Shown: in pieces, positions 1 through 8,576 of the stretch
Numbering within the stretch: position 1 is the first letter of the stretch
How the letters are laid out: each line of letters begins with the position of its first letter
DNA from: Dehalococcoidia bacterium
Lineage (GTDB): Bacteria; Chloroflexota; Dehalococcoidia; UBA6926
NCBI GenBank assembly: GCA_965214725.1
Contig: OZ243973.1
Coordinates: forward strand, 1,799,705 to 1,863,704
DNA length: 64,000 nucleotides
Direction of reading: 5' to 3'
Notes under the pieces: generated by a model
The model's database searches: none
What the model was told of the DNA's origin: nothing
Seen by the model: the letters and a program-made list of their open reading frames with translations, nothing else
Position numbers and translations under genes: made by a program

Positions 1-554
1 GATCGTGGACATCCCACGACCTGGAAGGGAATCTGCTTGCCAGAGGTGAATCGATTCTGAAGGCTGGCACCATGTTTACTCGCGTAACTATTGATGGGGC
101 CCCTTCCCAATTCAGGGATTGGGGAGTAGTGGAGGATTGGCCTGAGCCTGAGCATCTGCCATGCCTTCCTGCAGAAAGTGCAGCGTCATATGAGGCGCTA
201 CAGGTGGGGAGTGGGCGAACATTCACTCATACTATATCCCTTTCCCCACAGGAAGGCACACTGACGCGACAGTTCTGGGTTGACTCTTCCGGACGCCCGA
301 CTCGTGGACGCAGAACCTTTACACCTCCGGACTCTGTTGCGAGTAACGTTGCCGCAAGTGACACTCAAGCGAATGTATTGGTCATCGATGAAACGTACTC
401 TGGCTACGGCGAGCCAAATATCATCGTGGCGCCCATAGGAGTGTCCATCCCTACGCCAACCCCCGTACTGCCAACCGCCACGCCTGTTGGCCCCACGCCT
501 ACTCCCGTCCCGCCGACGGCCACGCCACCGCCACAATCAAAGACGTCCCCCTAG
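1..554 (+). CDS. Partial CDS with its 5' end outside the window. It is the C-terminal part of a secreted Pro/Thr-repeat protein and is a truncated paralog lacking the Calx-beta domain.
   Basis: The frame is open from the window edge. It ends in a TPTPV(L/P)[19 protein letters not shown] linker whose DNA is near-identical to the tandem repeats at 2794-2975. The last ~35 nt match the 3' end of CDS 568..3330 (TIKDVPL-D) but in a shifted frame. Confidence 0.45.
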   Translation, partial: SWTSHDLEGNLLARGESILKAGTMFTRVTIDGAPSQFRDWGVVEDWPEPEHLPCLPAESAASYEALQVGSGRTFTHTISLSPQEGTLTRQFWVDSSGRPTRGRRTFTPPDSVASNVAASDTQANVLVIDETYSGYGEPNIIVAPIGVSIPTPTPVLPTATPVGPTPTPVPPTATPPPQSKTSP

Positions 555-567
555 AGGACTGAAATCC

Positions 568-3330
568 ATGAGAGCAAGAATGGTATCCCTGCATGGCCGG
601 TGGCGCGGCTTCTCCTTTATCCTCTTGGCTGCCCTTGCAATGGCCCTTGTGAGCACCTTGGCCTCCACGTTCCCAAATCCACCCGCCACCAGCGGCAAGT
701 GTGATTTCGGGGATATTGAGAGGCTCGCCGTTCCGACGCCAATCGCCATACCAACTCCCTTGGGTATCATGGGCGGTCCACCATCGCTAGAGTACAAGAT
801 TGAGCGTTCTGATCGCATCGCGCGTGCCTCACTGGTTTCCGCTACCGCGACGGTCGAAACTATACGCAGTGAGGGACGTGGAGTCGCACCTACCTACCGC
901 GGAGTGCAACTCCTCCACTTCAAGATTCATGAGTACCTGAAAGGTGGTGGAGACGATCAACTCCTCATTTTCGTTAGGGATGGCCAGTACGATGTCTACA
1001 CAAGTAAGGAAAGCGCGTTCAGTGCAGCGGAGTGGCGCAACACATCATGGGATAATCATCAGGCAATCCTCTTCCTGAATGCCCCGCTGCTCGCTAATCT
1101 CGCTGGGCGCCATTGCATCCCCGCAGGGGATATCCCGACACATACGGAGAGCGGCGAACGACTGCGCGTTGCGCGATTAATGCGCATTTATGATTCCATT
1201 GCCGAACGTGGATTTCAGTACTCGGTGGAGCATATGAGCCGCGCCTGGCTGCCTGCGCAGCGGCAGCTTTCTGAGGTCGATGCAGCGTTCGCAAGTCATG
1301 AGGGTACGCTGAGGTTCTTCAGCGCGAGGGGGCCCTCCGAGACGATCACTATCGCCGAGCTGAAGAAAGAAATCCGGGATGACGAGAGCGAAGAAAGCGT
1401 AGTGCCGCCCACTGCGACTACGCCACCGTCTGAAGGAACGTCTACAGACAGCTCTTCGGTAGAGTTAAACATAGTGGATTTTGAACCCTGGAAAGGCGCC
1501 GCCGTCGCTTCCGTGGCGGAACGGATATACGCGTCAGATGTCGTGGTGAGAGCCTCGTTGGTGTCCGCGTCGGACGGCAGCCTGCGCTTCCAGGCTGTCG
1601 AGTATCTCAAGAGCTCCGGCCCCTCCGAGTTCACGGTGAGCGCTTCCACTGCCAACCGAAGTACCATTTGGGACGGACGAGAGGCCGTGCTTTTCCTTGG
1701 CGAGCCGCCAAGCGGAGGCGCATCTGATTCAGTACGTTCCACCAACTCAGCCGATTTCCATTTTGCAGACGCGACCTCCTGGAACTACTCCCCGGATCCG
1801 CTGTTCTCCCAAGTCTACTCGGGGGATCTTCCCCAGGGTTACACCGTGGACTCGCGGAACCCGGCGTGGCTGCCTGCGAAATTTGGAAGCTTAGGACCAA
1901 GTGGCTCCTCATTCATCATCGCCTCGACCGACCCAGCAGGTAACTTTCAACCCGTCATCTCTTTGGCGGATCTTCGCGCCACAATAGCGTGGATCGAGGG
2001 TGGGGAGGGCATTAGCGGGTACAACGAGTGTATTCGCGCAAGCCCTGACATCGAACGGTATCATCGGGACTGGGAAGCCTACCATGGACGCCCCTATGAA
2101 CGGTATCAAGAACCGCGTCAGATATCGTCAGGGGCGAGCGCAGGCGCAGTCGTGCATGACTACGATTTACGCAGGAGTGCGCAGTACGATATTCCCTATC
2201 TCACGGGTCCAGATTCCGACCTCTTTCGCGCTCAGAATATAGATGACGACGCATTATCATCCAATGGGTATCTTCACCGACTCGCGACTGCGCGGCCGCT
2301 GCCTGCAGCAACCTACAGTGCTATCTTTCACCTGCAGCGACCGTACGCGATACCGTGTGCCTTCCAGCCTGAGTATGGAGGGTTGGAATTTCTGACAACC
2401 GCCACCGCACCCAACGGCACCATCCATGAGGCGTTCTTTGACCCGGTTGCGCTTCCTGGCGGAAGCGTCGGAGCGGATACGTCCGGCAATGCTGGCGTGC
2501 TGAGCCCGCGCCATATGACGGTCGATGGCAAGAGTTCATCCTTGGAGAGTCTCTCATGGCAGAGCGGCAAGGTGACGCTGACCCTAACTGATGGCATCGA
2601 CTTGACTGGTCTGATCCTGGATGTCATTGATATCGATGGCAATGTCTCGCTCAGTCTCAAGGCCAATGATGGGACGGTGGATTCCACGAAGGAGACCTAT
2701 AGGTGGAGCGTGGCGAATGCGCCGTGGGCGGCGGGAGACCTGCTCATGATCCGTCTCCGTGACGCGAGTACCACTGTTACTCCCGTTACCCCCACCGCCA
2801 CGCCCGGTGGCCCCACGCCAACCCCCGTCCCGCCGACGGCCACGCCCGGTGGTCCCACGCCAACTCCCGTCCCGCCGACGGCCACGCCTGTTGGCCCCAC
2901 GCCTACTCCCGTCCCGCCGACGGCCACGCCTGTTGGCCCCACGCCTACCCCCGTCCCGCCAACGGCCACGCCGACGCCGGCGCCTGATGCCGTTGTCATC
3001 TCCGTGTCGGACGCGAGCGCCGTATCGGAGGGGGAGGTTCTCGAGTTCCGTGTCACGCTCAGCACCGATGAGTACAGCGGCGATCTCCTCGTCAATGTCG
3101 ACGCGCGTGCCGGCACGGCGACGGAGGGCCAGGATTACACTCGGTACAGCAATACGCTGCGGTTCACCAATTTCGCGACGGAGCAGATCGTGCGTGTTCG
3201 CACCTACACGGACTACGACGACGAGGAGGGGCCAGAGACCGTCCAAATCGTTCTCTCAAGCCCCATAGCCGGCGTCCTAGGAAACCACACCGCCACGGGC
3301 ACAATCAAAGACGTCCCCTTAGGAGACTAG
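568..3330 (+). CDS. Secreted Pro/Thr-repeat surface protein. It has a duplicated N-terminal domain, a 14-aa x4 PT linker and a C-terminal Calx-beta domain.
   Basis: The N-terminus [33 protein letters not shown] is a signal peptide. An internal domain duplication is visible ([15 protein letters not shown]... and [13 protein letters not shown]...). The linker is TATP(G/V)GPTPTPVPP x4. The C-terminus [26 protein letters not shown]...[57 protein letters not shown] fits the Calx-beta pattern. I place the start at the ATG at 568, downstream of the ORF-track start at 487. Confidence 0.75.
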   Translation: MRARMVSLHGRWRGFSFILLAALAMALVSTLASTFPNPPATSGKCDFGDIERLAVPTPIAIPTPLGIMGGPPSLEYKIERSDRIARASLVSATATVETIRSEGRGVAPTYRGVQLLHFKIHEYLKGGGDDQLLIFVRDGQYDVYTSKESAFSAAEWRNTSWDNHQAILFLNAPLLANLAGRHCIPAGDIPTHTESGERLRVARLMRIYDSIAERGFQYSVEHMSRAWLPAQRQLSEVDAAFASHEGTLRFFSARGPSETITIAELKKEIRDDESEESVVPPTATTPPSEGTSTDSSSVELNIVDFEPWKGAAVASVAERIYASDVVVRASLVSASDGSLRFQAVEYLKSSGPSEFTVSASTANRSTIWDGREAVLFLGEPPSGGASDSVRSTNSADFHFADATSWNYSPDPLFSQVYSGDLPQGYTVDSRNPAWLPAKFGSLGPSGSSFIIASTDPAGNFQPVISLADLRATIAWIEGGEGISGYNECIRASPDIERYHRDWEAYHGRPYERYQEPRQISSGASAGAVVHDYDLRRSAQYDIPYLTGPDSDLFRAQNIDDDALSSNGYLHRLATARPLPAATYSAIFHLQRPYAIPCAFQPEYGGLEFLTTATAPNGTIHEAFFDPVALPGGSVGADTSGNAGVLSPRHMTVDGKSSSLESLSWQSGKVTLTLTDGIDLTGLILDVIDIDGNVSLSLKANDGTVDSTKETYRWSVANAPWAAGDLLMIRLRDASTTVTPVTPTATPGGPTPTPVPPTATPGGPTPTPVPPTATPVGPTPTPVPPTATPVGPTPTPVPPTATPTPAPDAVVISVSDASAVSEGEVLEFRVTLSTDEYSGDLLVNVDARAGTATEGQDYTRYSNTLRFTNFATEQIVRVRTYTDYDDEEGPETVQIVLSSPIAGVLGNHTATGTIKDVPLGD
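2794..2975 (+). repeat. 42-bp tandem repeat of about 4.3 copies. It is coding and encodes the PT linker TATP(G/V)GPTPTPVPP.
   Basis: The period is visible directly in the DNA and in the translation. Confidence 0.85.
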
Positions 3331-3402
3331 TGGGCCTGCACCCCCAAGTGTGCCGCCATGCATTGCGGCGGGAACGAAAGGCCGGAGGGGCAAATAGCCG
3401 TC

Positions 3403-3422
3403 ATGCCGGCAGGGGCCGGCAT
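3403..3422 (+). terminator. GC-rich hairpin (atgccggc-aggg-gccggcat) about 70 nt downstream of the stop at 3330. It may act as a terminator.
   Basis: A perfect 8-bp stem with a 4-nt loop. There is no U-tract, so it may be an intrinsic terminator of the high-GC type or an RNA-stability element. Confidence 0.3.
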
Positions 3423-3494
3423 CCACCCTAGCGTGAAGGAGGCCGCCCTTGCCCTCCTTGCTGACTCTTCCATATCGTGCCAAAAGGCCGTACG

Positions 3495-3557
3495 GCCCGA
3501 TGGATATCCGCTTTCACGGGTATGAGGGGAAGGGCAGGTATGAGGGAGGGGGCGGGC
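3495..3557. repeat. 35-nt repeat unit cccgatggatAtccgctttcAcgggtatgagggga plus a G-rich tail. A second copy lies at 6103-6150.
   Basis: 33 of 35 positions are identical to 6103-6137. The core acccgc-tttc-gcgggt is a perfect hairpin in the second copy. Both copies are followed by a G-rich tract in which gtatgaggga recurs. Confidence 0.6.
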
Positions 3558-3798
3558 ACACTCGCCACAGCATCAGACCGTGATACCCGCCAGTGGGCGA
3601 TTCCGCGACCCGCCTAGCACCGTTCATTCGCTGGTACGGGGCGTTTCGGCCTGCGCGCCGAGGGATGGATTCTGGCCTTCGCCAGAATGACGCGCGGGGC
3701 GGCATAACAGGGGGGGGCCTCTCTTCGAAGGGGAGGGCCGGGTGGGGGTCTCCCTCATTCGCCTGAGCCAGTCGCAGGGCGGCCTCCCCTGACCTCGT

Positions 3799-5592
3799 TT
3801 ATCCTTCGATGTTGCCCGGGATGGACGGACCACCGGGCGTCGCGCTTGGTACACCGGGCGTCGTAATGGTACTTGCCTCACGGAGGCGGATCATGAGCAG
3901 ATCACCCGCCGCCCACGGCGCATCCGCCACAGGCCACGTATAGGTCTTCTTCGCGGAATTCGCCGTCCCATCATTGGCCTTGAGACTGAGGGCCGTATTC
4001 CCATTGAGACTTATGAAATCCAGGGCCAGACTACTCAAATCGATGCCATCAGTTAGTGCCAGTGTCACCCTGCCGCTCTGCCATGAAAGACTCTCCAAGG
4101 ATGAACTCTTGCCATCGACCGTCATATGGCGCGGGCTCAGCACGCCAGCATTGCCGGACTTATCCGCCCCGACCCTGCCGGCCAGCGCAACCGGGTCAAA
4201 GAACGCCTCATGGATGGTGCCCGCGGGGGCGGTCACAGTAACTATCCACTTTAGGTACTCATCTTCAGAATAGAAATTACATGGAACTGCCACGTAAAGC
4301 TGCCAATATTCATGAACGACATATTGCCCCTGAACAAGAGGACGAGACACCGTTACGACCTGACTGTAGCCGTTTTCTGCCGAGCCATCATCATCAATGC
4401 GGGTCGTTCGGAAATGTGCGGCGGAGGGGCCATCCAGCCAGTACCTGTCATATCGGGGAAATCCGTAGTTACCATCGTGGCTCCAAGCCTCACTGCCTTC
4501 CGAAGAACCTGACACTATCGCGGCTTCAAATGTTATCCCTTGCCATGGAACTGCTCGCCGCGCTCTCTCGTGAGCTACTTCAGTTATCAGGCATTCGGTG
4601 TACCCCGGCTTGCTCTCGGCGTTCTTCAGCTTAGCGGCCCAGTCTGCGATCTCTTGACGCAGACTGTTGACCACTATGCGATCACTGACAGGCGCACCAG
4701 GCTCAAAGAGAAAGTGGGTTTGCAAAGATAGAGCGATGGCTGCACGCCTTGCGTCATCCTGCGACTGCGCTGGAAGCGAGGAACCGGGAAGCCATGACCT
4801 ACTAAGAGTGGCGATCGAGTAGTCCCATGGTGTCTGCACCCCATAGTTCGACTGCTGAAGAGTGAATATGCTCACGTCCTGTCCCGCAAGAGCGGACGAG
4901 GAGGGTTCATAGCTTGGATCTGGTCTGTTCAGAAACAAGACGGCTGCGTCAGAATCCCATTGAGTATTGCGTCTGGATAGAGAGTCGTTTGCTTCCGCGA
5001 GGGCCAGAGCGCTTTGGGTGTACACATTGTCTCCTCTGACCACGACTAGAATGGAGGATGTGCCCGACCCTTTCAAATACTCGAAAACAGTGAAACGCAA
5101 CTCCTGAACCGGCCTATAGGATACCGGTCGTCCTGCTCCGTTTTCGATCTCCTCAACGTCTGCCCGAACTGAGTCCAAGGCCCCCCGCACGATGGTGCTG
5201 GAGTGCAAAATTTGCTCGTCCAAAGACGGTGGAACCAGTGAGAGGGGACTCACTCCTGCCCCCTCGTTATAGTAGCCCGTCTCTGTTGCGGCGGTATCGG
5301 CAGTAGCAGTGTTTGGCTGGTTCTCCGGTTCACTAGGTGCAGTTACGTCCGGCACGCCAACGTCGGAGGTATACCGAGCATCAGTATTTGGTTGGTTCTC
5401 TGGTGCACTGGTTGCAGTGACGGTCGCCACGTCAACAAAGGCATCATCAATTTCACCCCGCGGCATAAAGATGCAACTCACATAGAGAAGAAACAGAGTC
5501 GTCAGAATAACCAAAGCGGAGGTATAGCATCTTCGTGACCAGTCTACCTGCCTCTGTGTCGGGGGGGCCTGGTTTTGCGTAGGTCTATCCAT
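3799..5592 (-). CDS. Membrane-anchored paralog of the PT-repeat protein. It has the conserved central domain, a truncated PT tail and no Calx-beta domain.
   Basis: An N-terminal TM segment (CYTSALVILTTLFLLYVSCIF) is present. The 130-aa block [53 protein letters not shown]...[16 protein letters not shown] is about 80% identical to residues ~640-770 of CDS 568..3330. A tandem duplication of about 72 bp is present internally (5314-5420). Confidence 0.7.
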   Translation of the reverse strand: MDRPTQNQAPPTQRQVDWSRRCYTSALVILTTLFLLYVSCIFMPRGEIDDAFVDVATVTATSAPENQPNTDARYTSDVGVPDVTAPSEPENQPNTATADTAATETGYYNEGAGVSPLSLVPPSLDEQILHSSTIVRGALDSVRADVEEIENGAGRPVSYRPVQELRFTVFEYLKGSGTSSILVVVRGDNVYTQSALALAEANDSLSRRNTQWDSDAAVLFLNRPDPSYEPSSSALAGQDVSIFTLQQSNYGVQTPWDYSIATLSRSWLPGSSLPAQSQDDARRAAIALSLQTHFLFEPGAPVSDRIVVNSLRQEIADWAAKLKNAESKPGYTECLITEVAHERARRAVPWQGITFEAAIVSGSSEGSEAWSHDGNYGFPRYDRYWLDGPSAAHFRTTRIDDDGSAENGYSQVVTVSRPLVQGQYVVHEYWQLYVAVPCNFYSEDEYLKWIVTVTAPAGTIHEAFFDPVALAGRVGADKSGNAGVLSPRHMTVDGKSSSLESLSWQSGRVTLALTDGIDLSSLALDFISLNGNTALSLKANDGTANSAKKTYTWPVADAPWAAGDLLMIRLREASTITTPGVPSATPGGPSIPGNIEG

Positions 5593-6102
5593 GCCGGTCA
5601 GTGCTCTCCATATATTTCTTCGATGGCGAACTCATCTGCGCTGCCAAGACCGCACCACGGCGAGAAAAATCCGCACGGAGGCGGGACAAATCGCGCTTCA
5701 CCGTCGGGGGGACGAGAGTTGGCGTGGGAGCCGTGTGAGACTGCCCTCCTGTTCGGCATGATTCTCCTATCTTCATCCAGTGAAAAGCATGAATTGGCTG
5801 GGACTATTGGAGCGCACAACCTACACCGTGGCCACGAGGAGGAGCAGAACAATGAACGCTGCCGCAACGATGAGCCGCGCCTTTCCGTATCCTTGAACGC
5901 CGGACTGGGACCCCATGTGCTAGGCCTGCCTCTCCTGAAAGCGCGGCGGGGGGTGGGGTGGGAGCCGCCAGAATCTGCCTTTTCGGCATAATACACGCCA
6001 TGCCAACATCTACCAAATGACTGTAGCGCAACGGGCGGGACTGTTCGTCCACCGTCCGCCACCGCTCGTCCCTCGGCGCTGCTCAGGATGGATGGGCGGC
6101 AC

Positions 6103-6150
6103 GACCCGATGGATACCCGCTTTCGCGGGTATGAGGGGAGGGGGGGGCGG
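6103..6150. repeat. Second copy of the 35-nt hairpin repeat plus G-tract. It lies directly upstream of the tRNA-like repeat at 6180.
   Basis: See 3495-3557. Confidence 0.6.
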
Positions 6151-6179
6151 TGTGGCGGATAAGGGGGAGTTGGCAGGTC

Positions 6180-6227
6180 TGGTACCCCTGGGCGGACTGT
6201 ATTGCGAACCTTTGAGGTGAGGGTGGG
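6180..6227. repeat. 48-nt repeat resembling a tRNA 3' end. It forms a direct-repeat pair with 21130-21177 and is a candidate left att or boundary site of the island.
   Basis: 45 of 48 positions are identical to 21130-21177. The first 11 nt (tggtacccctg) plus the 6 nt of upstream flank are identical to the 3' end and flank of tRNA-Arg at 27254-27270. It retains a T-loop-like gttcgcaatcc on the minus strand. Confidence 0.6.
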
Positions 6228-6485
6228 GTTACCGGTGAGGACGCTCAAATGAGAATGTTGCTACTTGCCGATCCCCTGCTTGCGGACCCAGATGATGATC
6301 TTGGACCGATCGAGCGAGCATTCCAGCTCATCATGGATATGCTCCCCCATCCTCAGCAGGAAGAACTAGGCTGAGAAAGTGACAAAGCTCTTCGTCAGTC
6401 GTCCCGCCTTTGCTCCTCGTGCCCGGATAAACCAACTCTATCCGCCCAAGCTAGGTACTCATTGCAGATTGAGGTCAGGTCGCCG

Positions 6486-6514
6486 CTTGCTCTGACAATA
6501 TAGGTATGTATAAT
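6486..6514 (+). promoter_or_regulatory. Sigma70-like promoter. The -35 is TTGCTC (6486-6491), followed by a 17-nt spacer and an extended -10 TGTATAAT (6507-6514).
   Basis: A consensus -10 is rare in this GC-rich DNA. It sits 54 nt upstream of the ATG at 6568, which has a GGAG ribosome-binding site. Confidence 0.55.
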
Positions 6515-6524
6515 GCACTATAGC

Positions 6525-6537
6525 CTGACAATGTCAG
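6525..6537. promoter_or_regulatory. Perfect palindrome CTGACA-a-TGTCAG between the -10 and the RBS, a candidate operator. A related half-site CTGACAAT lies at 6492-6499.
   Basis: Seen directly in the sequence. The position is typical of a repressor operator. Confidence 0.35.
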
Positions 6538-6567
6538 ACCGAGAACCAGTGCAAGGAGAAACGCCCA

Positions 6568-7188
6568 ATGCCTGAGGGTGACCGATTCGACAAGCTGATT
6601 CGACGCGGCTGGGACGACGTCTTGGCTGGCATTGAAAGTGACGATGCAGCGCCGTATGAGATTGCGGCCCAATTGATCGTTCCCCTGACGCGAGACGTAA
6701 AGAATGGCGGCGGATTACCGGGCCTAGACAAGGTGGGCGGCATCGTAGCCGCGTGCGTGGGATCGGGCGGGATCGAGGGCGCCTTCAGTGCGCTGGATCG
6801 CGTCGTAATCGAGCATAATGGCCATCGTCACACTGTGGTGCTAGCTCGAGCTGCAAAGACTCTTCTGCTAACTCAGGAAATAGCTGTGACACTTAGCGAG
6901 CACGCGTTTGCCACTGCCAGACTCATCGAACAGACCTGTCATGACTTGGTAGACAACGTGTTCTTCGGCGTAGGACGATACCGATTGATCGAATCGGGTA
7001 GATTCTCGAGCGAAGGGGAAGCTCGAGAATTCGAGCGCCTCGTCCACGAAGCCCTGGCGCCCGCTATTCGAGGGATGGCGGTGCAGCTTATGGTCGACTC
7101 CACAGGCAAGGCAATCAAGGTGCCCAGGTCAAGAACACCCAAGCTCAGCACGCAAGACATCCTGAAGCAAGACATCAACCCAGTCTGA
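6568..7188 (+). CDS. 206-aa hypothetical protein, first gene of the QueC-like module.
   Basis: It has an RBS (aaggagaaacgcccATG) and is followed 12 nt later by the next CDS. I recognise no motif. Confidence 0.7.
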   Translation: MPEGDRFDKLIRRGWDDVLAGIESDDAAPYEIAAQLIVPLTRDVKNGGGLPGLDKVGGIVAACVGSGGIEGAFSALDRVVIEHNGHRHTVVLARAAKTLLLTQEIAVTLSEHAFATARLIEQTCHDLVDNVFFGVGRYRLIESGRFSSEGEAREFERLVHEALAPAIRGMAVQLMVDSTGKAIKVPRSRTPKLSTQDILKQDINPV

Positions 7189-7200
7189 GGAATCACGACG

Positions 7201-8553
7201 ATGACCTGCTACTTCGATTTCGCGCAAGAGTCGCCGGGAGCCATTGACGAGGCGCATTACCACCTTAGCAGCCGGCTTATTGAGGAGCCGTTCATGCAGC
7301 GCCTGACCCCTATACAGAGGGACGTATTGGACATCGCAATGGCCGCTTATACGGCAGACAGGCGCTCCCGCCGAGACCGCCGCAGGACGACTTCAACGGG
7401 ACAACGCGAGATCCACGTAAAGATGAAAGTACGAGAGCCGGATACTTGGAATAATACCGAAGTAACGATAGAGTTGCGCCAACTGTTCGAGTGGCTGAGC
7501 GGTGACCGCTGGATCATTGAACTCATCCCTGGCGAGCGCCTAAGGGCGGGAGACCCTCAGCAACACTACCTGTTTGCCGGACGGCCAAAAGCGCCTGTCG
7601 CTGTCTCACTATTCAGTGGCGGTTTGGACTCCTTGGCGGGGTCCGCAACGCTACTGGCAGGGAATGAATTTTGCTCCCATGTCCTCGTCTCAGCCTACAC
7701 AAACAGCCGCCTGAGGTCTCAGCAATCCCGACAATTTGGATTGATCAAGGAATCCCTGTGTGACGTGCCTGAGGAATACCGCACCGATTTGGAACACGTT
7801 GCTGTTCCAATGGGAATCAACAAGTATCAGGGGAAGGATCCCGAGAAGTCGCAAAGGATGCGCGCCTTAGTCTACCTGACGATCGGTATCGTAACGGCCA
7901 TCCAAGCAGGCTCAGACACGTTATATGTCCACGAGAATGGAGTTGGCGCACTCAACTTGCCGCTCAATGAGACTCAACTCGGTGTCGACAAATACCGAGG
8001 CGTCCATCCCCATTCGCTATTGATGGTACAGAAGCTCTATTCCAGAGTATTCGAGCAACAATTCCGCCTCAAAAATCTGTTCCAGTTCGCCACTAAGGCG
8101 GAGATGTGTACTGCGCTGCCGAGCGCCAGGCTGTTGAAGGCCGTACGAGAAAGTGTATCGTGCGACAAGTTTCCCCTTCGCATATCAGGGAAGCCCCAGT
8201 GCGGGGTGTGCACCTCCTGCATACTCCGGCGGCACGCTATTGAGTCTGCTGGACTCCAGGAGCATGACCCCGTATCGAGTTATCGGTACGACATTCTTGG
8301 CTCAAGAGACGGCGTCCCCGTAGATGATCGCTTTCCCATGCAAGTTATGCGAGGGCAGGCCAACCGCATTCGTGCGGCAATTGAGTCCGACGACGCTTGG
8401 GTGGAATTGGTGCGACTCTACCCCGACCTTTATGTCCACACGCAAGAAATCGCTGAGTTGAAGTGCATCTCAGTTGACTCCTCTCGGGAACAGACTCTCG
8501 ATCTGTATCGCCGATATTGTATTGAGTGGGACAACCTCACTCATACCCTCTAG
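7201..8553 (+). CDS. QueC-like PP-loop ATPase (7-cyano-7-deazaguanine synthase family) with about 130-aa N-terminal and about 100-aa C-terminal extensions.
   Basis: The PP-loop motif is VAVSLFSGGLDSLAGS at residues ~135-150. The QueC-type zinc motif is QCGVCTSCILRR (C-G-x-C-x-x-C-x-x-R). It has a gagg RBS. Confidence 0.8.
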   Translation: MTCYFDFAQESPGAIDEAHYHLSSRLIEEPFMQRLTPIQRDVLDIAMAAYTADRRSRRDRRRTTSTGQREIHVKMKVREPDTWNNTEVTIELRQLFEWLSGDRWIIELIPGERLRAGDPQQHYLFAGRPKAPVAVSLFSGGLDSLAGSATLLAGNEFCSHVLVSAYTNSRLRSQQSRQFGLIKESLCDVPEEYRTDLEHVAVPMGINKYQGKDPEKSQRMRALVYLTIGIVTAIQAGSDTLYVHENGVGALNLPLNETQLGVDKYRGVHPHSLLMVQKLYSRVFEQQFRLKNLFQFATKAEMCTALPSARLLKAVRESVSCDKFPLRISGKPQCGVCTSCILRRHAIESAGLQEHDPVSSYRYDILGSRDGVPVDDRFPMQVMRGQANRIRAAIESDDAWVELVRLYPDLYVHTQEIAELKCISVDSSREQTLDLYRRYCIEWDNLTHTL

Positions 8554-8576
8554 CGCCCCACCAGGAGGGACCGCCA

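Noticed and set aside
2794-2975. A possible CRISPR-like array, since it contains regular short repeats.
   Set aside because: The repeats are contiguous 42-bp units without spacers and are in-frame coding for a Pro/Thr linker. No cas genes are present in the window.
2584-3268. ORFs on both strands (220 aa minus-strand, 169 aa plus-strand) inside the PT-repeat gene.
   Set aside because: They are generated by the 42-bp tandem repeat, which gives Arg/Gly-rich translations in alternative frames. They are not independent genes.
6180-6227. That the 48-nt repeats are themselves functional tRNA genes.
   Set aside because: Only an acceptor and T-arm-like 3' portion is present. There is no D-arm or anticodon arm, and the T-stem does not pair.
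5598-6248. 216-aa minus-strand ORF spanning the 5.6-6.2 kb intergenic region.
   Set aside because: It is Pro- and Arg-rich low-complexity sequence. It overlaps the 35-nt repeat, the G-tract and the tRNA-like repeat. Its start context is poor. It is a typical high-GC spurious ORF.
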